Shown piece by piece: positions 28,101-43,100 of a stretch of DNA of 64,000 bases. The notes beneath the pieces were generated by a model that did no database searches, was not told the DNA's origin, and was given only the letters and a program-made list of their open reading frames with translations. Made by a program: the position numbers and the translations under genes. Source of the DNA: Heptranchias perlo. Its lineage: Eukaryota. Each line of letters opens with the position of its first letter. Position 1 is the first letter of the stretch. The DNA lies in the NCBI RefSeq assembly GCF_035084215.1, contig NC_090346.1:3534001-3598000 (forward strand), in the 5' to 3' direction.

Positions 28101-31100
28101 ATTCCGTATAGATGGCTTTTCCAACTACACGACTCTAATCGAAAAGGATGGGTTAATACGTCTAAAAATCGACATGGGGTATGCAACCAGTTACAGCATC
28201 TGATGAAGTGTAGGTGAATTCATACGTAAATGCAGAGATCCCCCACAATGCCATGACAATATGCATTAGACCTACATCAAAATGGCAGAGCCTTACTACT
28301 ATTCAATTAAAGAGGACAACATTCTGATCCACTGCCTCATCCAGTTCAATGGTTAAATCAAGGATAACAGCAAGATTTTTCAATATTTGCACCTTCATAA
28401 GCAGTGTAACATATTAAGCATTCTGGAAACTAGCTTAATCTGTTAAGACAATTCATTTTCATATAGTGGATTATCAAAATGCAACAATCAAGTAAAACTT
28501 CTAAAAAATGATGAAAATATTCCAAAATGATGAGAAAGAGAATGCCCAAATAGGAACTCACGAGACACCACATGAAATTCCCCAGAAATGTCATATTTGG
28601 GGCTTCTGAACCCCGTGAAAATATAAATACAAATATTCAATTTGAGACAACCCACCTTTCATTTCCACAACATCCACAGGAACCTGTTTTTCCCTCATTC
28701 TGAAGATTTCAAAGTTAGTCACAAGACCCTGCAGAGGAAGAGCTTACTAAACATTATACAGGCAATTAACTTCAGGTCAGAACAGTTAACAACATCAATT
28801 ACTGACAGTCTCTGGAGTAGAAGATTTGAAATCATAATTCTCAACTGTGACAGAAAAAGCATCTGGTTTATATAAATTTGAGCTCTACATTTACATGTAC
28901 GTCAAGACGAGATCAATCACTGCATGTGAAATGTACGCCTACATAATTAATTTCATGTTTGTGGACTTTTGAATGGGAAACTAAAGCAATTATGAAAACT
29001 TATGGGTGGAAAAATGAGTTTCAGAATTAATGATTTTTGAACTAGAAAGAAAGCAAGTTCCAACCAGCTGAGGCTAGTTTGTTACAATAGGAGTAAATTA
29101 AATGCTATAAAGTCACATCTCAAATCAGCAGAAGTTGCTGCAAAATGATCTGGTACAAATTTATCACCAACTGGAAGCATCTATTACATTGTAAAAATAA
29201 AACACACTCACTGATGAACTGTGGAATACAGAATTTACTTCACCAGCAGGAAAGGGACAACTCAGGAATTAGTCTTTCAATCAAGGATTAAATTCTGTAT
29301 TCCAGTTTGCCAACAAGTGCTCTTTATTTATACTATATGCTACCCTTTCCCACTTTGACCACAGAAATTTTACAGCACAGGAGACCATTCCACCCATCTG
29401 GTAGGGCTGGCTCTATACAAGAGTAATGCAAAACTAATCCCACTGTTCTGCTCTCTACCTCCCCGTATCTTCCTCTACTTCAAATATTTATCCAATTTTC
29501 CCTTAAATATGGTCTCTGCCTCAACCATTCCCTGTGGCAAAGCACTCCAAGCTTCACTCTGACCATTTTAAATTGATCACCCTTTGTCACCGACTCCCCA
29601 AACCCGAGGAAGCAGTCTTTCCCAATTTACTCTCATCAAAATTCTTCTAATTTTTAGGAAGGTGCTTCCTCTAGATTTCTTACAATGAGGGCAAAAGTTA
29701 CATTATATGGAACAAGCACTTTTGACATACAATTCCTTTCCTGGGCATTTATTTGTAGATGTTTTCTCAGCCAATATCCATGGTTCAAGCACGTACCTGT
29801 ATACCCTTCAGAGTTCTATCTACTTTCACACACAGGTAATCTCCATTTTTCTGCCAGTGCAATTTACAGTCCACCACATTGAAAAGATTGCGCACTCTCA
29901 TTTCTTGCCGTGTTGGAAACTGCATTAGTGTGACTCTGGCTGGAATATCTTTATCCTCTGGTACCCAGAATGCAATAACATTATCACCCGGAGACCACGA
30001 GAAATCCCTGGTGAAAAACAGATAATCTAATTAAAAATAACAGCATTTGCATTTTTGCAGAACGATTGACTACAATGATACTTCGTAGTGGAGGTGGGGC
30101 AATAGACGTCCAAATTCACAGAGCGTGGGGGAGAGGGGAGAGCCCGAGTTTGGGGGGGGGGGGGGGGGGGCGGGGGGAAATAAGAGGGTGGAGAGAGAAA
30201 TGAGAGCACCGAGTTTGGGGGGAGAGAAAAGAGAGCCCCCTTAAAGCAGAATGCTCATTCTTTTACACAAAAATTAGTTGTAGCACAGGGACCTCAGACA
30301 GAAATCAAAGAATTTAATAACCACATGTAAAATAGAATCCCCAAAACTGTCACTTTTTAAGTGTATCTACTAGGTCAATAAAATATGGCAATTGACCCAC
30401 TTACAATAGATGCACTTACTTTATTCCACTGATCTTCAGACTCCTTTTATCCAACAGCCCCATTGACTGGAAATAAAAAATAATTTGGTAGTGTTATCTC
30501 AATAGTGCAGTACAAGCAAGACTGTACACAGTTTAAAAAAAAAAGCCAATTCCCAAACTCCAGTTGAATTAAAACAATTATCCTCTCCTCTATCGTTTCC
30601 AGTGTTAAACCCAATCCCCTTCAGGATTGTGCTTTTTTGGTTTCTCCACTTTCCCCCCTACCAATGCTCTCCCCTCTTTGCCTGAGCTAGATTTCCATGG
30701 ATGCCAGGCAATCTATAGTTCTTCACCCAAATGGCCAATCTTCATGAGTCTGGACAGTGAAAGCTTGTGGAAGACCAACAATGAGATCAGAATTAATCAC
30801 ATTGTTAAGTCAATAGCACTCTATGCTCAGCTGAGTGGGGACATGGTTTTTATTGAGCGAAGCAGCCCACTGTAACTTTTACCTGACATAAATTAATTAC
30901 ATACAAATTTATGGGTTCCTCCATCTCTTTTTCTCTAAATAGTTTGCCAAAATTTCCTGTCATTTATATTCAGCCTCGGCTGGTTTCAGCTTTTACCCAA
31001 ACTTCCAACAACTGGATTTTAAAGTAAGTATTAATCAGATGTTGATCATCCTCTTAAAAAACTTAATATACTTTCCACCTAAAATCCTATGATTTTTGGG

Positions 31101-34100
31101 AATTTATAAAATTCGTCCTCTCATCTCCTTTCCAGTACCACCAAAAACAAATTATATTTTCACATTTCGTTGCTGCCTGTATGTTTGTTGGCAGTCAGCT
31201 TTCTCATTTTTGTGCTGAAATCCAGGTCTGGACATAATCTCTCCCATTTTCCCGATCTCTCTACGGTCTCCACAACCACCTTCTTAATTCTAACACTAAG
31301 TCACGCTTCCAAGATTGCCTATATTTAAATCCCTCATTTCTACTGTTGAGAAACATTTTTTAAAATGTTAGAACAAATGTTCACTTCATATTGAATCATT
31401 TTATTTAGGTGTTAAGAGTTATTTCCTGGAAAATTTAAAAAGAAAAGTCAAAAATTCCAGCGGTTAACTGAAATACTCACAGGTGTTTCATAAATACTAA
31501 GTGTGTCTTGGGTCATTCGTGCAAAAAACTTCCCATCATGACTCCATCTATTGAAGAAGAACCAATTAAAATGATATTCATGTTCTGTTCTTTGCTGTCC
31601 AAGTTACCATAAACTATACAGTTTCAATATGTACTAAGGCTGAGCAACACTCACAAAATTCCCCATATCAAATATTGAATTTGCTGCACATAAAAAAAGA
31701 ATCAGCATTTCATTGGAAATATTGCATAATGGCATTGATCACAGTGAGTCAAGATGCAGAGGGCAATGCTGTTTGCAAGTACTGTGTGTAGTAGTAATGG
31801 ACAGCGGGGAAGGCTATGTGGCCGGGTAATGTTAGGTGGATGTTCTTGATGTGTGGGAGCACTGGAATGTCATTGCCAGCTTTGGTAACATGGAAGGCGG
31901 AAGAAATGGGGTTGTTGGATGTACAAGTATTGGGAAAGGGGGCTGTGGGCTGCAGTTGAGAAAAACACAATGATGGGGTTTTGTTGGGGACTGGGGGCAG
32001 GTCAGTTGTGGCAAGTGTGGGGAACTGCATGGGCACTCGCCGTGGGTGGGAAGGTGGCAGAAAGCACAGGCCCTTGGAGCAGGTGGGGGAAGGCACTGAG
32101 GGAGAATTCTTTCCCTGACTAGGGAAGTTCACTTCCACATGAAACAAACAGACAGGAGCAAGCAGTACCCAAAGGCAAATATAGATAGGTATAGTTTGAA
32201 AAAAAGTAGCAGGGAGAAGTAATGCAAGAGTGACTAAACAGGAATTGAGCACATATACAAAACTTTTAATCTATAAACAGCAAACTATTATACCAGCTTG
32301 CTTTCCTCAATATCAAAACCTTTTGGCACAATAAGCCAAACTTGGTCTGAACTCTTCGGATCACACTCACTTGAATATTGGCCAATGGGCTGAGCTCTCA
32401 CAATGAAATCCTCGCTTCTTCTGGCCAGTTAATACATCCCAAATGATAATGGCTTGAGGGTCGTCTTTTGTGTCCATTAAAGGGCTAAATGACACCATAT
32501 ATCTGCAGAGTAATAAAAAATAATACAAATCACCAGTATTCATATACATTCCTTGTCACTTTCACAATTTGTTAAGAAGCTGGTGCTCCAAATTCAATTA
32601 AAGGTGAAATTCAGAACACCAGCAGCAATGAAACAATTACTCATGGCCAGGAGCAAGCTACAATGACACTGAAGTCAAAAATTTAAAACTAGAACTACAA
32701 TGAAAATAGCGTGGGGGGAGGGGAGAAAATGAAGCAGGTAACTAGATTAGTGAAGCAAATCTGATACTGAACTTTCACCAATGGGACCTGGGTTTTAAAT
32801 CCAGCCCAGGATGGGGATGAAAGTTTGTTGCCCACTGGACCTACATTACCTGGGTTTAGGCAGCCTCAATCCAGTTCCTATTAGGCATGAGCAGGAAACC
32901 GCTGGGTGCTCTTCTGAAATTGGGGCCCATTTTGCTGAGCAGGGAAGCTAGAGCTTACGCTGCACCTGCACATGCTATGCCTAACCTGTGAGTGTTTGAG
33001 GTGGACACTGGGTACCAGAAGCAGTTCTGATCCTCATCATTACCATCCCTCACAGAGCACTAATTCCAAACCCCTCAAACTTCACAGACTCCAAAAAGTC
33101 ATAAAACTTTTGCTTGCTTACAAAAAGTTGTAATACTTTAATTGCAACTTTTGCTGATAAAGAATTAATCACTGCTGATGATAGAAGAAAAACAACAGGG
33201 ATAATCTTCCAGAATTGGGTATAACATACAACAGGTATACGCAGAAAGGCTGCATGACCAGCTTCTGGCATAAAACTCTATTCCATAGGTTCCCCCCTTC
33301 CCCCAAATCTTGGATTAGACGTTAATAATATTTATGTGAAGATTGAACAAATGATAAAGAATGATCATTTTAACATATTGCACATATAAAATGAAAATTT
33401 AGGCATCAGTAAAATAGCTAGATATAAAATTTATGCTTAGGGAAAATAATATGGGCACTCTGATAAAACTGTTTGGACAGATTGTTGTAAAATATTTTGC
33501 ACTTCAGCATTTTCAGAACGCAGTAAAACTAGAATACTTTTATTTTGGTCTAAATGCAGTACTAAGATTAAGGAAAATATCTTGTGGGGACTTTTAGCCA
33601 GCATCTAATTAAAGTAGATACCTTTCACACGGGGAGAAATCAATTAGCTGGACACCTTGGTGGCTAAAACGCTGAATCTGCTTGAACTTCTCCCCACCCC
33701 AAAGAGCAATACCACGCTGATGGAATGTTGCTAAGTAAGTGCCTTTGGGAGACCAACGAACATATGTCTCCGTCCAACGCTGTCAATAAAAAACAAAACA
33801 TATTTACAATCCTAAACAGTTTGAGGCTAGTTGGACCTAGCCCAGCAATTAGCCAACCAAGGAACACTAAAATACTCCCATTTTTCCCAGTTAAAAAACA
33901 AGCATAATAATATGGGTGCCACAAGTCTGAATCACCTTAGCAAAGATCAACTGCACAGAGGTACGTGTCAGCACCCTCTGATCTGCTGTTTACTAATGGA
34001 CTATGCAGGAGTTCTGATTAAGTACAAATAGTTTGAGGTATTTCCCAAAAACATGGTTCAGAGAAAAATTACAAGAACCAAATACTCTGATTAAAGGCCC

Positions 34101-37100
34101 CTTAATCAACACAAGACCCGTGGGATCATTTACTATAGTTGATAACAATGAGCCATTCATACATGGAGCACAATGAATAATCTGTACATTTATTGCCATT
34201 GACAGATAAGAATTTGTAAGTTAGCCTTAAATCAACACTTTGGTGTTTTGCTCTTTTAGGCAATTTTAAATCCAAATAGCTTTGGCAGGAGTTAATAACT
34301 CCCAACAAACCAACCATGATATTAGAAATTATTCAACCAGAGGCAACAGCAAAAGACACAATACAGGATATCAATAAACTTTTAATATTTCCCATTCAAG
34401 AAGGCATAGGAACACAGGAATTGCTAGACAAAAAATGACCAAGGTCCATCTAGTTTGCCTTTTACCATCCTGGTAATTATATGATACAACGATAATGGAG
34501 TTGTTGACTAATCATGGTAATCAATCTCTATCAAACAGTCTATAACAGACCCAGACATGGGGCCAGGAAAGCCCCAGTGGTTGAGCTTTAGGAACCAGTC
34601 ACGTGTTCCTTCCAAGCATGCTACACATACCACGTCATGTATCAAATTACTCAATTACGATATCTCAAAACGTTATTTTCTGAAAGAAATCCATCTAATT
34701 TATATTTGAATGAATCAATATAATCCACCATCTCCCTAAGGAGCATGTTCATCTAGTACAGAGTGCCCCACCCAACATTACTCTGCACTATTAACACATA
34801 ATACAACAAATGGAAATATAGCCCATCTTTAACCTTTTTTTAAAAATTAAATCTCTCCCTTCTTCTTCACATGGACCCCATGCTCATCACTTTCAACTAT
34901 CTTGCCATGGTGGCCATTCTTCATGTATGAGCCAAGGCGGTGAATACCGGCAGGTTACTTGACAATGTATTACCACTGAGCCCGATCTTGTCCTTATGCA
35001 ACTTCCATACAACCACTCCAGGAGGGGCCAAAAGATAGTGATCAGAAGTGTGACCATGGCTGGTTTACCCCTTCCCAAGTCCAATTGTAGCACAACTGTC
35101 ACCATGACCAAGATTAGCCAAATCAGCACAATTTGTAATCAAACTTGGGACCTTCTGGTCTGCCTAACTTGTTATATGCTGCTTTGACCAACAACCAATG
35201 AGGAATTTATTTTAACATCCTGTTTGACAACCAATCCATTTTACAGCAATTGATACTAAAGCAAAAATTTATCATAAACTAGTTGTCTCAGTGCAATAGA
35301 TTTTTCCACGTTCATCCCTCCACAACTTTCCTCGGTCACGAGAGTCCAGTGAAGTGTTAAATGTAATTGATGATACTTACTGCACGTTCTTCAATGATGA
35401 CAGGTTCCTTTACATCATTCCACAAAATAGCAGTTCTATCTCCAGACTCATAGATAATGCTGCACTGATCTCTACAGTCTTGATCCTCTATCCAGTATCG
35501 AAGATTCCCCTGTATCATATATACAAGTGTTATAAACCTGGCATTCACTTTTATTGATTGATCAGGAATAAAGTTGCCATTTTTGAAATGGGGTACTTGA
35601 GAGAAGGGAATATTTCTATTATTACAGTCCCCACTGCTTACAGCAGGCACGTTGGTGTCAACGCAATTTGCCCGCTATACGTGGTGGCCGATGTAAACAA
35701 GAAATTTTTAAAAAGCAAGGAAGGAATCTTCATCCTCCGTCGCTGCACTTCCCGCTGTCTAAATGCTCCAGTAATGATCCAAATGGGGGAGAAATAGCGG
35801 TCTGGTCAGTTTCACCTATACTGTTGGAGCGCTGAACGGGGTTAAAGTACACAGCGGCACTTTAACATGGTGCAAACAGTTGCTTGAACAGCTCGAAAGT
35901 CAGTTTAAGCAGCGCCTTTGTAATTGACATCTATATGCCCTATATAGGCATATGTCCAGGATAAGCGGGAACAATGTAAGTGGTGGGGACTATATATTTG
36001 CTTCTAATACACAAAGGTACATAAAAAAACAATTATGCAATATTTTCAGTATGGACTTGCACCCATTTGGTCTGAGTTGGATTTATATATGAAGTCCCAG
36101 ACACATTATGTTGGCCGATACAAAAGGGTCAACAAGGTGAACGTTGGGATATAGAATTTGAACTTAAGGCTAAAATAATGCTACAATGAATGTGAAATTA
36201 AAATAAGTAATATGGAAACCAATGTTCATGTAAGGTTTATTTCACATATTATTACTTACAAAATCTTTGAATGGCTGTTTCTCTGGAATTTCCCAATCAT
36301 CACTTATGTTCATGTATCTGGCAAGAAAATACAAAGTTAATTGAATCAAGATGTAAGAAAGCTTTGTAGAATTTTTAATACTGATAAGCAATGTTTTAGC
36401 AACTAGGATAAACCTATTTTTAAAATCAATTTTGCAATATTGGGAAATTTACTTCAGTGTAATTATCACTTATTCCCCCCTTCAACCACTTTCAAGTACA
36501 TGGTTCTATATGCCTTGGCAGCACTTGGTATGTGGAATATCACAACCAGTTTGGGATCTATATTGAGTACAGTGAAGTTTAAGTGCTTTTTACTCCCAAC
36601 TGAAATAATGAAGTTGACTTAATCACCATAATTTGACACCTACTTATCAAAATCAGTGAAGAGGTTGACTCGAAAAGTGTGTTGTTTGTCTAACTTGTAT
36701 CCATCTGCATTTTTTACAGCATCCACAGCACAAGCTGGTGAATTGTATTCCAAGAAAATATACCTAAAAACAAAATTGTGAATATGAAGGTGAAACCACA
36801 AGGTTTATTTATTACAATTAAGTACAAAATCTTTGAATGTCTGCTTCTTGGTTAGTTAACAGCCTGTAATGTCAAGTGAGCATATATTTTTAAAAAATGG
36901 AAGGGCCAAAAACTCTGGTCAGACTCAAAACTTTCTTCATTCACAATTCAATTTTTGTTTAGGATCCTGTTCCTTTTATTTATTCAAGCACAGTAGCAAA
37001 TGTTCAGCACTGGGACAATGTCAAATTCCCATGGTAAAGAATGGTATAATGGTCTACTGCACAACACATCAAATCCTTTTTAATCCGAGCCATTGTGTTG

Positions 37101-40100
37101 GCACATTTGCAGGAAGGACGCCATATCGCTATATGCTCAGTACGTTATAAAGACTCCTCAGCAGTTCTGTGATTATGGTAGTACTGTTACAATATGAAAG
37201 GTTGGCTTTATATTGGTACACTGCGCGCCAGCACAGTTGCGATGGGCAGAACGGCCTCCTTCTGTGCTGCAAGATTCTATGACACTGTTAAACAAGAAAG
37301 TCGACAAGGTTACCAAGTCTAATTTACTTGGAGAAAACACTCTCCATTACACACAGTCTCTTGATAGATCAAGTTCTAACAAAAATGAGACACAATGGAA
37401 GAGTTTACATTACTATCAAATCTTTACTGTAAACATACCCTTTTGTCTTTCCATCTGCTTCTGGGTAAAACTCATTTGCGATTTTCCCAAACTTGGAAAA
37501 GATCTTCTGGATGACATTTTGGAGTTTCTCCAGTCGATCTGGTCCAACTTGTGGTACATTATCCACAACAATAACAGAGTCTATGCCATCAGCTTCTAGA
37601 GGTTGGTCCTTTAAAATATCATCCAGCAGTTCTATGAGAAAAGAACAAAACTTACATTATTGTCACCAGTGACAGAATTTAATTTTTTTCTGCTAGACAA
37701 AATGCTGACAGAACGCAGTGTGCACCAATGCACTGTGCATACAATTTTTCTCTCCTGTGAAGCGCCGTGGGATGTTTTACTACACTAAAGGCACTATATA
37801 ATTGCAAGTTGTTGTCGTACAAAACTGGTTATTCCTTACAATTTCCTACACAGCAACTTCCATCCTGATTGTAGAACCAAGATCGAAGTGCGAAATGTAT
37901 GCCAACTTAGCCAATGTGACAGACGCAATAGAAGGCAAATTGTCATTGTACATCACACCACATAAACTGGAAGATAGGTAGGAACATACAACTAGTGTTC
38001 ATAACCTACACACATCAAAATGAGTGATATACACATTACACGAAAGATGTGAGTGCACTAGAGAGAGTACAGAGGAGATTTATGAGGATGTAGCCAGTGT
38101 TGGAGATTTTTAACTATGAGAAAACATTGGACAGGTAGGGGTTGTTTTCTTTAGAACAAAGGAGGCCGAGGGGAGATTTAATTGAAGTATATAAAATTAT
38201 GATAGAGTGGATAGGGAGGACCTATTTTCCTTAGCAGAGGTCAGTGACCAGGGGGCATAGATTTAAAGTAATTGATGGAAGGATTAGTGGGGAGCAGAGG
38301 AGAATATTTTTCACCCAGAGGGTGGTGGGGGTCTGGAACTCATTGCCTGAAAGGGTGGTAGAGGCAGAAACCCTCAACTCATTAAAAAGTACTTGGATAT
38401 GCACTTGAAGTGCTGTAACCTACACGGCCTCCTCTGTGCCATAACCTTCTATGATTCTATGACTTTGAGTAACAGGAGGGAAATAAAAATCTTATGGTAG
38501 GTACTATGGAACATTTACTAATGTACAACTGCAGCATTAAAGATATCTGACCAGCTCCTTTCTAACAGTGTAAATTTCACCAACAGACAGCAAATACTGA
38601 GCAGAGCTCCATGCAAGTAAACATAGTAGCGGGGATTGCTCTTACAAATATACCCAATGCTGCATAGAAATTGAAATAATATGCTTTGGGTATGACATTA
38701 TGCTTTCAGTGCTACATTACGACAAACTCCTTAACAAGTGCATGTTTCCAGAAATAGTTACAGGACTGAAACTAGTAGCGTTCTGATATTCTAATGCCAG
38801 AACATTAAGCAATAGACTGGAGAATGTGAATGCAAATGATCTGGTTAGCAAAAGCTTGCACTTCTGTTTCGACTTAATGTTGAATTGTGCAGTACAGTTA
38901 GGACTTTAGACGGAGAAACAGATTGCATCTGAGTTTAGATAGGTTGGGGAAATGGGCCCAGGATTGGCAAATTTTTCCAACATAGATGTGTGCAGTTATA
39001 CACATAGGTGCACAGAATACAGATATAGAGTATGGCATGAGTGGAGGTACATTAAAAGGTGACAGCAAAGGAGAGACACTTGGGAATGATCATTGACAAT
39101 TCCTCAAAATGTTCAAGCACAGCGTCAGGAGGCTGCAGCCAAAGCATAATGGGCGCTGGGCTGTATTGCCCAAACTATTCAGTGCAGAACTACGGTGATG
39201 ATAATAGGGTTATACAAGGCTCTGGTGAGACCTCATCTTGAGTATGGTGTACAATTTTGGTTTCCCCCTCAAGATCATTGCAGCTCTATAGGAGGTACAG
39301 AGAAAGGCAACAAGCATGATTCATAGCCCAAGTACATTGAGCTATGAAAACAGACTTCATGCCTTGGATTTGCTGGAGATGCACAGACAGAGGGAAATGT
39401 TCAGAGGTCAGCCACAAGAATGATCTCTAGCTTAAAGAACCTTAATTACTCAGAAAGGCTTAAAGAGCTGGGTCTATTTACATTAGACCAGCGCAAATTT
39501 AGAGGCAACTTAATAAAGATATATAAAGTAATTAAAGGGCTGGATTGTGTACCTATTGATAGATTATTTCTTTTTGACAGATTGGGCCGGACCAGGAGTC
39601 ATGCATATAAACTACACAAGAGTAGGAATAGGCTAGATGTTAGGCATTTCTTCTTTTCCAAGAGAATAATGAACCTTTGGAATACGTTGCCAGCTTGTGT
39701 GGTGTTTGCCGACTCTCTGCATGCCTTCAAAAGGGAGCTGAACTGGTTCTTAGTTATAAAAGGTATGTGATTTAACAGTTAATGTGAGCATGGTCAATGT
39801 GGTCTCCTGGACTGGTTTTGATTGCCCTAGAGAGGAATTTTCCAGATTTTCCCCTCCTTTTCAGCCCTGGATTTCTCTTTCTGTTTTCCTGCCTCTCCCG
39901 GGGGATTACATAGCTGCTGGGGGTTGGAATTATCTAGTCATGATGCTTCAGGCATCTCGAGTGTGGGGGCAGGCTTGCTGGACCAGCTGGTCTTTTCCTG
40001 CCCATCATTTCCGTATGTTCGAATGACTCGATCCAGGTATTTAAAAGTATTAAGGCCATCGATAAAATACAATTTTTTTAATTCATTCATGGGATGTGGG

Positions 40101-43100
40101 CGTCACTGGCGAGGCCGGCATTTATTGCCCATCCCTAGTCGCCCTTGAGAAGGTGGTGGTGAGCCGCCTTCTTGAAGATTGCTTGAGGTAATAGGTAGAA
40201 TTGGGAGCCACCTACTTAAGTTGAGAACGGATTGAGTCCAGCTGGGTCTTTGTAAGTTTTACCCACCGACCTGTGGAAGAGGATTCCAGAGTTGGCAGTG
40301 AGCACTGACTCCATGCAGTACTTCAAGGTGTTTGGAAAAATGACTTGGTCATGGCAGAAGGTCGGAAATAAATTGCTTTTGAGGCCTGAATTAAAAGAGT
40401 AGTTTGCTGATCACCTTTGAGGTGACATCGTTCATCTGTGGAAGGAGGTAGCCTCCGAAAGCTTGTGAATTTAAAATAAAATTGCTGGACTATAACTTGG
40501 TGTTGTAAAATTGTTTACAATTGTCAACCCCAGTCCATCACCGGCATCTCCACACCTTTGAGGGGCTAGAGAGGAATTTTTGACAGGATTCCTGACTTAG
40601 CACTGTATCTTTCTGCCTCTCCCAGGAGGGAAAGAATGATAGGTACATGGGGATGAGTTCAGTTTAAAAAAAAAACAGGGTGAGCGATCATGGGCCGAAT
40701 GGCCTTATATTGTCCTAGGAACATGTATGTTATCTCCCATGTCATCACTCACAGATACTGCCTGGACATGGAGCTACAGGATGCAGTGCATCCTCTTGGG
40801 TGGGCAACAGTGACTTAGGGCTCAGCACAAGTCTGCCTGGACTGAAGAGTAGCAGAAGGACTCCTCATAGATCAACAGCAGACCCAGAGCACCTGGAGTG
40901 GCCCTTCAGGAATCAAATTTAACACCAACATAAGATAAACTGGAATAACCCATTGCAGGAACTGCATGTCCCTGAACACTGAAGCACATGCACAGAGACT
41001 GACTGGTAAGTACTCGCAGAAAAGATCCAGCTATAAAAACCAAGCTGTGGGAAAGGAGAAAATCTGAGATCCCAGGATTCTGAAAAAGGTATACCACTGG
41101 AGAAAAATGTATTGTGTGCATATCCAACAGGATTGAAACATTTTACAGATGTATATAAAGAAGCTTTTGTTAATTAAGTCTTCATGTTAGAAACCTTATT
41201 TTTAATATTACATGTTCTCAGATTACTGTCAAAGCAAGATGGCAACTGAAGGTATTTCAAAAAATGTTTTTGAGCAATTCACCGTTTCCCTGCTTCTCAT
41301 TGCAAGTTATTTGTTAATTCTTCACCGGTAGTTTTTCTACCTGCATGCATATACAAAGAGGAAACTACCCCTCAACTTCAACACTAATGTTGCCACCTTA
41401 AACTCTCCATCACCCATTTTATATATAACATTTATATCTATTAGTTAAATGATTTCTTAGAGCATCAAGTCTTTAAAAAAAAAGCCTTTAAGTTTAAACA
41501 TCTAAGCTGACACTGCAGTGCAGTACTGAGGGAGTGCTCCACTGTTGGAGGTGCTATCTTTCGGATGAGACATTAAAGCGAGGCCCTGTCTGCCCTCTCA
41601 GATGTATGTGAAAGATCCTCGGTGTTATTCAAAAAAGAGCTGAGGAATTCTCCCAATATCCTGGACAACATTTATCCCTTAACCAACATAATCGAAAAAA
41701 AGTTAAAATGTTCTGGTCATTTATATAATTTGCTATTTATGGAACTAGTGACTACACTGCAAAGTACTTCATTGGCTGTGAAGTGGTTTTGGATGCCCTG
41801 AGTATGTGAAAAGTGCTATATAACTGCAAGTATTTTTTCTCTATTATCATCTAGCAGCTACTTAAAAGATTGCCACGGTAGGATCCTGAAAGCAGATTAT
41901 TTGACCATATGATGCACACCAAAGGGAAAACATAAACAAGGTGACCATGTGGGGATGAGCAGAAACCATTGTTACAGATGTACTTGCTACACAGGAGACA
42001 GAGAAGTGTGGAACTAAGCTTTGGCAATCCTACAAAGGTGAACCACAGAACAGAGGCAGTGGAAGCGGACAGAGCCGTCAACCAGAGAGGTGAAAGGAGA
42101 ACAAGGAGAGATAACACACCATAATTGCAGTCACAAAGTATGTCACTAGTGATTTTACCATCGGTGCTGTAGGCAGTCAGACTGAAGGGAAACAAACAGA
42201 AAGTAGCTAAAGAGATACAGAGAGTGGGAATACATTTCATCCTAAGCAGCATCACTTACCTTGATAATAAAAGTAGGTGCTGGATTTTTTAGGCACACCA
42301 CAAAAACACCAATGAAATGTGTCATATATCACAGATATTTGTACTTGTTTGGAATGCCACAACGACCAAAAAAAATCACCTCCAATTAATGTTGCAGATG
42401 AGACCATTCATTACCAGCATCATTAATCGATTACTTATATATATATATATCCTTAGTATTACCTGAAACAGGAGTCTTTCTCTTTTGCATGATCAGAGGG
42501 AGACTTACTGTAGTTTCAAGCATTTTGTTTTATTTCAGATCTTTTACACTTACTTCTAAAATAACATCCTTTACCTCACTGGAGATGTTGTCCACTCATC
42601 CCAGTTATAAAAGATCCTGTATACCATTGTTCCATTCCCAACAGGTTATACTACATTTAAAGTGAAAATAATAAAAATTTGCTTGTACCTTTTCAATTAC
42701 ATATACTATCCATTGTAGTGTTTGCAATGACAACTGATGGTATACTTCATTACATTCAAAATGTTACTTGTTCCCCTAGAATACATATTTCTACTAGAAG
42801 TCAGGTGGGTATTACTGATTTGAAATTATACAATGTGTGAGGTGCAATCAAATCACGTTTGAAACAAAACTGAGTGGAAAATTGTGCTTATATATTAAAA
42901 ATAAAAAGTGTCGTCCTTCGTTTAAATGAAAAATTCTAATTGCTACCTTCAAGTAGCACTTTAATGGGGCAGCATACACCATTGGCTTTCACTACCCTGC
43001 AGGTTATTTTTAATTAAGCATGTTTTATTCTACAATATAATATACACTATAAATACTATGTACAATAACTAATGAGTTCCATCCTAAATAAACGATTGCA

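Noticed and set aside
28508-28610. Box C/D snoRNA (ATGATGA..CTGA)
   Set aside because: On the strand opposite to the host EIF3B transcript, with no terminal stem.
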